A DNA stretch of 64,000 nt from Epithemia pelagica (GCA_946965045.2 OX337233.1:3286001-3350000), one strand, 5' to 3'; shown: positions 1 to 10,110, counted from the stretch's first letter. The notes: generated from the letters alone by a model not told the origin. Translations and numbers: made by a program.

Positions 1-1326
1 CAAAAACTGGGTTCCAGGCCTTCACTGATGCACAAGGAAAGTGCGTTGGACCAGATCATGGAGCGACTCATGCCCTTCTTTAAGGGCATGAATCACAGTG
101 GAACAGAGGCCTCCTACGTGAGAGTCTCTCAAATGCTAACGGCCTGTCAACAAGCCAAGCATTTTGTGGAGTTTTATACCATAAACCGATCAGACGGGGA
201 GTTTGAATTTGCAGAAAGATTGGTGGAGAGCAATTTGAATGACGGAGACAATGGTTATGAGGAAAAGGCCGATCCTGGAAAGCGCAATAAGAATACAACC
301 CGGCCAACAACACGAATGAACCGTGTTTTTGTCACAGAACTTCTGGTGTTAGCAAAGTGTCACGAGAAAAAACGTGAGAAGGGTGCTATGGTGGTTGACA
401 AGAATCACTTTTGGAGAGCACTTGATTCTACTACACTGGAAGTGCAGAAGAAGGTGCGTCGACAGGGTGATGGGAAGGTTAAAGCCGATGCTGTGGACGA
501 GTATGTCATGGTGAAAGTACAGGAAATGATGAGTACAGCAACACATGATCAACGACAGCCGTCCAAGCTCACCGCCTCAGACCCCATGGACGTTGATGAC
601 GAGTCTGAAATTGACATTGAAAAGGCCATAAAAGAGCAAGACGAAGAAGATAAGCCCGTTGATGATGGTACTCGCTTTTACAGTGACGACGAAACCGCAG
701 TTGTTGATGTTGAAGAAGAGGCCGAGTTTTATGGGAAACCTATGACAGACCAGTCGGATTTATACGAAAAGACTGACAAAGGAAGCCAAGAAATGAATGA
801 TTCCCATGAAGGACGAGATGAATATACACGTGAGGAAGCCGACATTCAGGAAACACAAGTCGAAGACATTGTGGCATCGGAGGGTTCTTATATTGCAGAC
901 GAAGCAGAAGACATTGAGACTCTTGACGATGAGGAGGAAGACGACATGAATAGTCAAGAGAACGAGTGACAATCCACGGAAAAGAAGGAGAGCGACACTG
1001 TTTCAGAACAAGGATTGCGAGAGAAAAAGAATGTCAAGGGGATGAAGGTCATTCCGCTCAATATAATGGCAGCAGACGATGTCATTTCGAAAGCATTGGA
1101 GAAAATGAGCGAGAAGAATGTCATTGCAGCCAAACAAAGGGATGCGGATCGCAAAGAGCGAGAGCACCATTTCCTACGTTACAGGCTGTTTGGAAGACTA
1201 GAGGAAATGGAAAAAGAAGGGACATCTTTAGGTTGGACTGACAGAGACGATGAAGATGTGAATGTTGGTGTTGAGTTGGATGACGGACTGGATGAGTATG
1301 AGTTTTATAAAGAATCGTTAATGTAA
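1..1326 (+). pseudogene. 3' part of a large gene running off the window start; DUF6589-like motif then a very acidic tail; interrupted by one in-frame TGA at 967-969
   Basis: Frame 1 is open from base 1. ORFs 28..969 and 1015..1326 share that frame and are separated only by TGA 967-969 (…ENE*QSTEKKESDTVSEQGLREKK…). SALDQIMERLMPFFKGMNHSGTEASYVRVSQML resembles the D-x2-ME-x-L/N-x3-K…T…R.S C-terminal pattern I recall for DUF6589 proteins (unverified). Confidence 0.5.
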
Positions 1327-1365
1327 ATAATGAACTTAGTAAGAACGTAAAGCAAGTGTAATAAT

Positions 1366-1790
1366 TTATTGACTACTGATATCAAAGAACTTGAACCCCT
1401 CCCAAGAACTCGCATGGTTCATACGGGGATTCCCATTGTCGTAATAACCCAATGATGCTCGTAGGTGGTGTCCATCTATCTCGGGAACAAGGATTTGCGA
1501 CGCGAAACACTTTAGAATGAGCGCTTTTGCTCTTGACCGAACGGTCCGGGCATTAGACGAGCGAAAAACCCTGATTCCAAATCGTTGCTCGCCATCTCCA
1601 TTGGGTTTAAAGGTCTCAAACTCCACTAGGGCTTTCAGAAAGCAATCTTTATGAAGTGACAAGGAAGATGGGGACAGCTTTCGGGTTATTAATACCATGA
1701 CGAGGTATTCTTGGAATGCTTCTTTATCAATGGGACTATCCAAGGGCGTATTGATTCGCGGCGTAGCACAACGCCAACATGCTCCACTGC
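1366..1790 (-). pseudogene. C-terminal segment of the RecQ-like helicase gene, separated from the rest by the retrotransposon
   Basis: After removing the element and one TSD copy, it continues in frame from LPTHCS (10111 side) into GACWRCATPRINTP…FFDISSQ*. Confidence 0.85.
1786..1790 (+). repeat. 5-bp target-site duplication ACTGC (left copy)
   Basis: ACTGC directly precedes the TG of the 5' LTR and recurs at 10111-10115. Confidence 0.95.
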
Positions 1791-2548
1791 TGTTAGGATT
1801 CTCACCGAAAACTAGGTGGCGAAACCTACAACTCATCGAATGATGCTAGTATTTTATGGCATCCGATGACATTTTCCTAAAAGTGAGAAAAGAATGTCGG
1901 CATGCTCGCGAAACTATAAATTTGGCCACAGCATGCTCGCAGTGCACGCGTTATCGGCGACCGCTCGGATATTAACTATGGCCTAACACGTGCGCGCCCA
2001 AAACTATCAAGTGCGCGCCTCTACTATCCGAGTACGCGCATCCACGATTCGACCTAACGGTCTATGTAATCAAAGCACGAATCACGATCACGCGAGACCA
2101 TATCTCTGTTCCCACAAATCCAAGAATGCAAACAGCAACGCGCCCAGGACAAGACTTATACCACGACAAAGCAAGAGCTGTTGCATCCCATACATGTTAT
2201 CCATCACCCTATACATTCAATATACACCAATGCCGGTCTACTCCAACCAGTGAGGACCTATCACACCAGATCCATGGCCGTATGCAAGAGCCAGGACTTC
2301 GGCACCGTCAACCACCTTAGTTAGTAATCGTCTCACAATCATTAATATCACCATTTTAACACTCATCTTAAGACTTACCTCTTATCAGTGGACCAACTGC
2401 CCCCACCCACGGCGGACTTCGACTTGCAACTCTTCTCTGACCCGTGGAGGATTGTTGTATCGGTTGGTGATTCGATTGTCGGCTCAGCGAGCCTTTTACC
2501 TATCCTAACTATCTGTCTAACCCCTGTTGAATCGAGAGAAGTTTATCA
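1791..2548 (+). repeat. 5' LTR (758 bp)
   Basis: TGTTAGGATT…GTTTATCA. No difference from 9353-10110 seen by eye, and the same shadow ORFs appear in both copies. Confidence 0.97.
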
Positions 2549-2565
2549 GATTAACAGTCTCATCG
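2549..2565 (+). promoter_or_regulatory. Putative primer-binding site complementary to a tRNA-Asn(GTT) anticodon arm (half-tRNA type)
   Basis: GATTAACAGTCTCATCG abuts the LTR. Its reverse complement CGA-TGAGA-CTGTTAA-TC contains a canonical Asn anticodon loop. No TGG-type PBS is present. Confidence 0.6.
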
Positions 2566-2586
2566 TTTATTTCCGAGAAGCTTTCG

Positions 2587-3342
2587 ATGTCTCACGACGA
2601 TTCCAACCTCTCTATTCGACACATCTTTCATTCCTTCCAACAAAGCGGGGAGGAACTCCATCCACCCGTGGCCCATCCGGGCGAGCCCTTGATTGAAACT
2701 CCGAAACCGACCCCGACTCAGGCCAGTGCTCCGAATCCCTTCCAGACCCCGGACCAAGTGGTCCAGCCTCCTTCGATCCCGACTCAACCTTCGACTCCGC
2801 CTCGCCGTTTGAACCCTACTCGCACCCGACGTACGAGCCGTCTTCTTACTGCGCATATCCGACACTTCCGCGAGCCGACTGAGTCGACTACCGACCCCGA
2901 CGTGATCCGTTCCACAACCGAACGCGAGATCGATTTCCAGTCCGTCCAACCCGTGACTGACCTTGAGGACATCCAACGACTTCTCGACCTCTTGAACCAG
3001 TGCTCGAGACGCCGTTTCATTGTCCAAGCCCTGTTGGGCAACCCTGTGGAACCCATCCGTATTCGATTCATCTCCTTTGAACGTCCAACCAACTACTTCC
3101 ACACCATCTGGATCGTCAACTCGACGACGAATCCGCTACCTACCCCGACTACTCGTCTCGACGAGTACGTCTCCTTTGTTCACGAGATCCATCTCTGCCA
3201 GGATTTCCGTGCGACTATCTACCCTCTCTTCACTCAACACGTGAACCACTTGTTGGAAGACGACGACGTTGAAGAACTAGCCACTACAGTGACCGATTCC
3301 GCATCTCGTCTTCAGTACCGAGCCGAAAGTGACCAAGAATAA
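2587..3342 (+). CDS. Extra ORF (251 aa) inside the retrotransposon, upstream of gag; Pro-rich N-half and a globular-looking C-half; function unknown
   Basis: ATG at 2587 just after the PBS, open to TAA at 3342 (MSHDDSNLSIRH…RAESDQE). Confidence 0.65.
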   Translation: MSHDDSNLSIRHIFHSFQQSGEELHPPVAHPGEPLIETPKPTPTQASAPNPFQTPDQVVQPPSIPTQPSTPPRRLNPTRTRRTSRLLTAHIRHFREPTESTTDPDVIRSTTEREIDFQSVQPVTDLEDIQRLLDLLNQCSRRRFIVQALLGNPVEPIRIRFISFERPTNYFHTIWIVNSTTNPLPTPTTRLDEYVSFVHEIHLCQDFRATIYPLFTQHVNHLLEDDDVEELATTVTDSASRLQYRAESDQE

Positions 3343-3676
3343 GTAACTTTACGTAGTTTCTACACCAAACCAGACACAAGACCGAGTTCCGTCCAAGACT
3401 TAAACTCAACGCACATCCGGGTACCCTTGGTCGCACAACACGCCACACATTCCCGTCAAATCGCGAAAATTCGGCGAAAATTTGTTGAAACTCGGCGAAA
3501 TTTTGTCGGAATCAACGGAAATTTCCAGGAGTCGCACATCACAACACACATCCGGGTATCACATACGTGGTACATACGTGGCACACGTGGTACATCCGGG
3601 TTCACATCACATCACACATTAAATAAACCACATCACACCGCACATTAAATAAACATCGAACCAACCAAATAACATC

Positions 3677-6600
3677 ATGGAAGCGACACCTCCCAAGACA
3701 CCGTTTACTCCTCCTGAGGACAAGTCAAGTCATATAACCGACCAAGATCTCTTCGACCATATAACTAAAGGCATCTTTGGTTGTAATGATGAACGAGCCC
3801 AATCACTTCAAAAGTGGATGCGACATCATGGTTTTGAACATATCCTTCATGTCCTCGACCATGTTGCAACTGATCCTGAGGAGACACTCAAGGATCTCAT
3901 GCAATACAAGGTTGGAAAGCAAGTCAACGACCTACAGACAAGTACAAGATTACAACTCAAACTAATGGCATATTGGTTACTACAACAACGGCAACTCCAA
4001 CATGGAAAACTACCCCGTGCTACATGGATGAACCTCACGAGGGACCAATATGACGATTGGAGGATCAACACCGACTTTACCAAGTCTGGTATGAACCAAG
4101 ACCCAGTTTCTCCTCTGAAATCACCTGCACACTCCGTATCATCCCGATCTCCCACTACATCCTCTACAACATCCCAATCCATGTTAGATCTCTCTGCTTT
4201 CAAGAAAGGAACCAAAAGAGATGCAACAGCATTTGAATCATTCAAAGACGAACGATACTTTGATTCGTTTTGGCGTGTATTCAAATCAACTGCGAAAGCA
4301 CAAGGATTGTCGAATGTTCTTGATTTCAATTACAAGGTACCCAAGGATGACGAATGCGCAGAGTTACTTTTCCGAGAACAACAAGTCTTTGTCTATTCTG
4401 TACTTGTACGTATTATCCAAACCGACCAAGGAAGAGCATACGTTCGAGAACATGAACATGATGAAGATGCAAGAGCCGTCTTGAAGAAACTCCATGTTCT
4501 ACACACCGAATCTGATCTAGCTAAGCGAGAAGTGTTACGCCTAACAAGCTACATTTCGAATCTTCGACTGGATGACTCTTGGCGTGGTACAACTCGTCAG
4601 TTTCTCCTACATTTCCAAGAACAGCTACGACTTCTGGATAACCTTGTACCACTGTCGGATCGTATCCATGACCATACAAGGATGACCTTCCTTATGCAAG
4701 CTGTTGAAAAAGTACCTGATTTAAGACGAGTCAAGATCTTGGATAACGTTGTCAACACAAAATCTGGAGCCAAGTCTCTCTGTTATCAATCATATTTCCG
4801 CCTGCTTCTTGATGCTGCTTTTGACCATGACCAAGCTACCCGAACTTCTGCGTCTAACCGTCGTCGTCATGTAAAGCAACATGAATTTCAGTTGGATGAA
4901 CCTTTTGAACCAGTGGAGCCCCCTGACTACCAGATCAACAACACGAATATCCAATCTGAAAAGTCCCCAACTTCGTCGAAAATCAGCCTTCCAAGAGATG
5001 TATGGTTTAAACTCTCTGAAGAGGATCGGCAAATCATTGTCGACTTCAATAAATCCGTCCAAGATTCCCCGACAACTCCACGCAAGGTCCAAAGACATTC
5101 TCTTGACATTGATCCTGAACCGGACCCTGATCCTGATGCCAACAACGTTGGTGATATCCATCAAGATGCACCAGAACAAGATCCATTCGATACATCCTCT
5201 GATCCGGTTACCCAGTTCGTACACCAGGCTATTGCATCGACAGATATCAATCATCCAGCATCTGACCTCAGCAACATCTTGTCAACTTCTACGACAAAGT
5301 CAAGTCCTAAAGCCAAGTTCAAGTCTTCTGCCGATCACAAGCAAAAGGTTCATATGTCACGGTATCTATTCTCCCGCAAATCCACCTTTTCTGGTAACCA
5401 ACTCATCGATCGAGGTGCCAATGGAGGCCTTGCAGGATCTGACATGCGCATCCTTGCCAAAACCGGACGTCATATTACCATCGTAGGTTTTGACAATCAT
5501 GAATTGACTGGCCTTCCAGTTGTTACCTGTGCTGCCAAGTTTGATACAAGTGATGGACCCATTATTGGTATCTTCAATGAGTATGCCCACTATGGAAAGG
5601 GTTTATCTATCCATGCCCCAGCGCAATTTGAACATTTCGGCCTATCTGTCGACGAACGATCCGTCAAGGTTGATGGCAAACAACGCATTACTACCCTTGA
5701 TGGACGTGCATTGCCCTTACGAATCAAGGATGGCCTTGCATACATTCAATCTCTGGGAATCCCTTCTGATGACGATATGGATAGATATCCGCATATTGTG
5801 TTCACTTCACCCCATATCTGGGATCCTTCTGTACTTGACCATACCCATCCAGACCCCCATCAAGACCCTGCACCGAACTGGACATCTGTGGAGACTGATG
5901 GTAGTATGGAGACGTACCCCTATGACCAATATGGGGAGTATACCGATCGCATTGTATGCACTTTGAATCTCCTCCTTGATCTCCCATATGATCATGGCCC
6001 CGATACACCTTCCTTCTTTTCCATCTATGCTGATCAAGATGGCAACGACCCCACACTTCATGCGTCTGTCCACAAGCTCTACAAGGAACAATACGACTGG
6101 AAGAAATTTCGCCCTTTCTTTGGGTGGCAATCGGAAGATGTAATCGCAGATACGTTCAAGCATACAACTCGTCATGGACACATTTCCTTTGACCAGGATA
6201 CCTTGAAGAAACATTTTAAGGCCCGGAATCCTATCCTTAACCTACCACGACGGCATGAACCCGTTGCCACTGACTCCATCTTCTCCGACACCCCGGCTGT
6301 TAACCATGGTGGCAAGATTGCTCAGATTTTTGTTGGTCGTGATACTTTGGTTACTGACATTTATGGTATCAAGTCTACCAAGCAATTCGTCAATACCTTC
6401 CAGGATAACATTCGTACACGTGGTGTCATGGAGACTTTGATCAGTGATGGTGGTTCGTCACTTATTTCCCACAAGGTCAAGGATATTCTTCGCACCCTTC
6501 TGATTGGTGAATACCGTTCCGAGCCCTATCATCAACACCAGAACAAAGCTGAGAACCGCTACCAGACCGTTAAGCGTATGACCAACGCTATCATGAATGC

Positions 6601-9358
6601 CTCTGGTTGCCCTGCTTCTGTATGGTTACTTTGTTTAGAATATGTGTGTGACCTCCTCAATCACACTTCCTCTCCCACCCACTCTGGCCGCACCCCTCTT
6701 GAGGCTCTTACCGGTACCCCACCCGACATTACCCATCTCCTTTTCTTTCCTTTCTGGGATGAGGTCTACTATCGTGTCGACCCTTCTGAACCTACCTCCG
6801 GTTCTTACCCTTCGTCTCCCGACGAGAAGCTTGGCCACTGGGTTGGTTTTGCCCACAATGTTGGTGATGCCTTTACTTGGAAGATCCTCACTGCCGACAA
6901 CGTCATCATCTACCGTTCCGCTGTCCGTCGCGTTGCCTCCACTACCCCCAACCTTCGTGTGGATATCTCTTCAGGGGAGGAGTCGCCACATAAACCCACT
7001 GACAAGCAAGGTGACACTGTCTTTATTCGCAGCAGAAGTGAAGACCCATCCACACCTATGCCAACAATTGACTATGACGATTTAGTTGGACGCACATTCC
7101 TTTGTGACACTGAAGAGAATGGGGAGCGCCACCGAGCACGAGTAATCAAACGAGTTGTCGACCTGGAACAAGATGCAACCAAACAAGAAGATCGACTCAA
7201 ATACATCTTTCGCAAGTCTAACTCCAATGTTGATGAGATGATCTCCTACAACCAGCTCATGGAATACATTGAAAGGGATAATCAAGCCCAAACGACAGGG
7301 GATAGTCTCTTCCGATTCAGAGACGTTATTGCACACCAAGGACCTTTGAACTCAAGCGACCCAGACTATAAAGGGAGTAAATATAATGTCCTTGTTGATT
7401 GGGAGACTGGGGAGACGACATACGAACCTCTATCTCTTATTGCAAATGATGACCCCATCACAGTCGCCATCTATGCCAAGAAAAATGGTTTGCTGGATCT
7501 ACCTGGATGGAAACATCTCAAGCGATACGTCAAGACAAGCAAAAGACTCATTCGAGCAGCTAAACAATCCAGGATCAAACAAGTTCGTCGCTCTATCAAG
7601 TACAAGTTTGGTTTCCAAGTACCTCGCACCTATGAAGAAGCAGTGGAACTAGACAAGCAGTTTGGGAACACGAAATGGCAAGACGCAACAGAATTGGAAC
7701 TCTCACAGATCCAATCGTATAACACTTTCAAGAACCATGGAAAAGCCAAGTTCATTAATGGGAAATTGGCCAATGCACCAGAAGGATATCATAAGATAAG
7801 AGTACATCTGGTCTTTGATGTCAAGCATGACGGAAGGCACAAGGCACGACTTGTCGCAGATGGACATCTCACCAAGGAACCCGTTGAGACCATCTATTCA
7901 GGGGTTGTCTCCATTCGCAACCTTCGCATTGCCATATTTCTTGGAACCATGAACGACATGGAAATATGGGGAGCAGATATTGGGAACGCATACCTAGAAG
8001 CATTGACAGGAGAGAAGATTTTCATCATTGCAGGACCAGAGTTCAAGGAGTTAGAAGGACATATCTTGATCATCTACAAGGCATTATATGGTCTCAAATC
8101 CTCAGGTGCTCGCTGGCATGACAAACTGTTTGATGTTCTCATTGATATGGGATTTTCTCCAAGCAAGGCTGACCCTGATATTTGGATGAAGAAAGCTCCT
8201 GGAGAAGACTGTTATGAATATATCGCTGTATATGTTGATGACTTAGCTATCGTTGCCATGGACCCTGAAGCTGTCTGCAAGATCTTTACAGAAAAATACA
8301 ACTTCAAACTCAAAGGAGTCGGACCTATCGAGTATCATTTGGGGTGTCGTTATACCAAAGATCCAGACGGTACACTTGTGTCTGACCCACGAAGGTACAT
8401 CGAGAAGATGATGGATACCTATGAACGATTGTTCAATGAGAAACCCAAGAAAGCAAAGCCGCCAGTCATTGCTAACGATCATCCTGAACTCGATGACTCT
8501 GAGCTCTTAGATGAAGAAGGGACCCAGCATTTCCAGACTCTTATTGGACAACTGCAATGGCTAATTACCATTGGCCGTTTTGATGTCTTTCCTGCTACCA
8601 TGACTCTATCAAGGTTCAGAGCTGCTCCAAGGATTGGTCATTTGAAGCGAGCTAAGCGCATCTATGGATACCTCATGTCATTTCCTGATGGGTCTATCAG
8701 ATTCCGCACTGGGGAGCCAGATTTATCAGCTTTACCTATCCAAGAATACGATTGGAGTCGTACTGTATACATGGACGCCAAGGAACGTATCCCTGAGGAC
8801 TGTCCAACCCCACTTGGGCGTTTTGTGACAACTATACATTATGTCGACGCAAATCTCATGCATGATATTGTTACTGGGAAAGCAGTCACAGCCATCCTGC
8901 ATTTTGTAAATGGTACACCCGTGGACTGGTACAGTAAGCGACAAGCCACAGTGGAAACAGCCACGTATGGATCTGAATTTGTTGCCGCAAGGACTGCAGT
9001 TGATCAGATCACGGAGCTACGCCTTACACTCCGATACTTGGGAGTCCCTCTGCGAGAGAAGAGTTACATGTTTGGAGATAACCGCTCTGTCGTTATCAAT
9101 AGCACCACACCACACTCAATCATCTCCAAGAGGCACCATCTCCTATCCTATCACCGAGTCCGTGAAGCTATCGCTGCAAAGTACGTCGCATTCTACTGGA
9201 AAGATGGAAAGACAAACCCAGCTGATATCCTCAGTAAACATTGGGAATTTGCCGCAGTTTGGCCCATGCTCAGATCTTTGTTATTCTGGAGAGGAAAAAT
9301 CCAGGAAAGTGATGAGGGAATTGACAATCCTCATTCGACGAATTGTGGGGAGTGTTAG
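3677..9358 (+). CDS. Gag-Pol polyprotein (1893 aa): gag, aspartic protease, integrase, chromodomain-like segment, reverse transcriptase, RNase H
   Basis: Protease IDRGANGG. Integrase ATDSIFSD / LISDGG / QNKAENRY (DDE). RT ALYGLKSSG and YVDD. RNase H YVDA / TYGSEF / FGDN / ADILSK. The stop falls in the first bases of the 3' LTR. Confidence 0.97.
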   Translation: MEATPPKTPFTPPEDKSSHITDQDLFDHITKGIFGCNDERAQSLQKWMRHHGFEHILHVLDHVATDPEETLKDLMQYKVGKQVNDLQTSTRLQLKLMAYWLLQQRQLQHGKLPRATWMNLTRDQYDDWRINTDFTKSGMNQDPVSPLKSPAHSVSSRSPTTSSTTSQSMLDLSAFKKGTKRDATAFESFKDERYFDSFWRVFKSTAKAQGLSNVLDFNYKVPKDDECAELLFREQQVFVYSVLVRIIQTDQGRAYVREHEHDEDARAVLKKLHVLHTESDLAKREVLRLTSYISNLRLDDSWRGTTRQFLLHFQEQLRLLDNLVPLSDRIHDHTRMTFLMQAVEKVPDLRRVKILDNVVNTKSGAKSLCYQSYFRLLLDAAFDHDQATRTSASNRRRHVKQHEFQLDEPFEPVEPPDYQINNTNIQSEKSPTSSKISLPRDVWFKLSEEDRQIIVDFNKSVQDSPTTPRKVQRHSLDIDPEPDPDPDANNVGDIHQDAPEQDPFDTSSDPVTQFVHQAIASTDINHPASDLSNILSTSTTKSSPKAKFKSSADHKQKVHMSRYLFSRKSTFSGNQLIDRGANGGLAGSDMRILAKTGRHITIVGFDNHELTGLPVVTCAAKFDTSDGPIIGIFNEYAHYGKGLSIHAPAQFEHFGLSVDERSVKVDGKQRITTLDGRALPLRIKDGLAYIQSLGIPSDDDMDRYPHIVFTSPHIWDPSVLDHTHPDPHQDPAPNWTSVETDGSMETYPYDQYGEYTDRIVCTLNLLLDLPYDHGPDTPSFFSIYADQDGNDPTLHASVHKLYKEQYDWKKFRPFFGWQSEDVIADTFKHTTRHGHISFDQDTLKKHFKARNPILNLPRRHEPVATDSIFSDTPAVNHGGKIAQIFVGRDTLVTDIYGIKSTKQFVNTFQDNIRTRGVMETLISDGGSSLISHKVKDILRTLLIGEYRSEPYHQHQNKAENRYQTVKRMTNAIMNASGCPASVWLLCLEYVCDLLNHTSSPTHSGRTPLEALTGTPPDITHLLFFPFWDEVYYRVDPSEPTSGSYPSSPDEKLGHWVGFAHNVGDAFTWKILTADNVIIYRSAVRRVASTTPNLRVDISSGEESPHKPTDKQGDTVFIRSRSEDPSTPMPTIDYDDLVGRTFLCDTEENGERHRARVIKRVVDLEQDATKQEDRLKYIFRKSNSNVDEMISYNQLMEYIERDNQAQTTGDSLFRFRDVIAHQGPLNSSDPDYKGSKYNVLVDWETGETTYEPLSLIANDDPITVAIYAKKNGLLDLPGWKHLKRYVKTSKRLIRAAKQSRIKQVRRSIKYKFGFQVPRTYEEAVELDKQFGNTKWQDATELELSQIQSYNTFKNHGKAKFINGKLANAPEGYHKIRVHLVFDVKHDGRHKARLVADGHLTKEPVETIYSGVVSIRNLRIAIFLGTMNDMEIWGADIGNAYLEALTGEKIFIIAGPEFKELEGHILIIYKALYGLKSSGARWHDKLFDVLIDMGFSPSKADPDIWMKKAPGEDCYEYIAVYVDDLAIVAMDPEAVCKIFTEKYNFKLKGVGPIEYHLGCRYTKDPDGTLVSDPRRYIEKMMDTYERLFNEKPKKAKPPVIANDHPELDDSELLDEEGTQHFQTLIGQLQWLITIGRFDVFPATMTLSRFRAAPRIGHLKRAKRIYGYLMSFPDGSIRFRTGEPDLSALPIQEYDWSRTVYMDAKERIPEDCPTPLGRFVTTIHYVDANLMHDIVTGKAVTAILHFVNGTPVDWYSKRQATVETATYGSEFVAARTAVDQITELRLTLRYLGVPLREKSYMFGDNRSVVINSTTPHSIISKRHHLLSYHRVREAIAAKYVAFYWKDGKTNPADILSKHWEFAAVWPMLRSLLFWRGKIQESDEGIDNPHSTNCGEC
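9347..9352 (+). promoter_or_regulatory. Polypurine tract (GGGGAG)
   Basis: Purine run immediately 5' of the 3' LTR TG. Confidence 0.75.
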
Positions 9359-10110
9359 GATTCTCACCGAAAACTAGGTGGCGAAACCTACAACTCATCG
9401 AATGATGCTAGTATTTTATGGCATCCGATGACATTTTCCTAAAAGTGAGAAAAGAATGTCGGCATGCTCGCGAAACTATAAATTTGGCCACAGCATGCTC
9501 GCAGTGCACGCGTTATCGGCGACCGCTCGGATATTAACTATGGCCTAACACGTGCGCGCCCAAAACTATCAAGTGCGCGCCTCTACTATCCGAGTACGCG
9601 CATCCACGATTCGACCTAACGGTCTATGTAATCAAAGCACGAATCACGATCACGCGAGACCATATCTCTGTTCCCACAAATCCAAGAATGCAAACAGCAA
9701 CGCGCCCAGGACAAGACTTATACCACGACAAAGCAAGAGCTGTTGCATCCCATACATGTTATCCATCACCCTATACATTCAATATACACCAATGCCGGTC
9801 TACTCCAACCAGTGAGGACCTATCACACCAGATCCATGGCCGTATGCAAGAGCCAGGACTTCGGCACCGTCAACCACCTTAGTTAGTAATCGTCTCACAA
9901 TCATTAATATCACCATTTTAACACTCATCTTAAGACTTACCTCTTATCAGTGGACCAACTGCCCCCACCCACGGCGGACTTCGACTTGCAACTCTTCTCT
10001 GACCCGTGGAGGATTGTTGTATCGGTTGGTGATTCGATTGTCGGCTCAGCGAGCCTTTTACCTATCCTAACTATCTGTCTAACCCCTGTTGAATCGAGAG
10101 AAGTTTATCA
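9353..10110 (+). repeat. 3' LTR (758 bp)
   Basis: Direct repeat of 1791-2548, followed by the TSD ACTGC. Confidence 0.97.

Larger units (their letters stand above)
1791..10110 (+). mobile_element. Full-length Ty1/copia LTR retrotransposon, CoDi (diatom copia)-like
   Basis: Two 758-bp TG…CA LTRs, 5-bp TSD, PPT, and a single gag-PR-IN-RT-RH ORF in copia domain order. Confidence 0.97.

Noticed and set aside
967-969. Selenocysteine recoding of the in-frame TGA
   Set aside because: It lies in an acidic, disordered tail with no redox motif, and no SECIS was recognised; a nonsense mutation is simpler.
1990-2320. 87-aa and 64-aa ORFs repeated at 9552-9882
   Set aside because: They lie wholly within the LTRs. 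The VRASTIR repeat just reflects a short U3 tandem motif, and there is no coding evidence.
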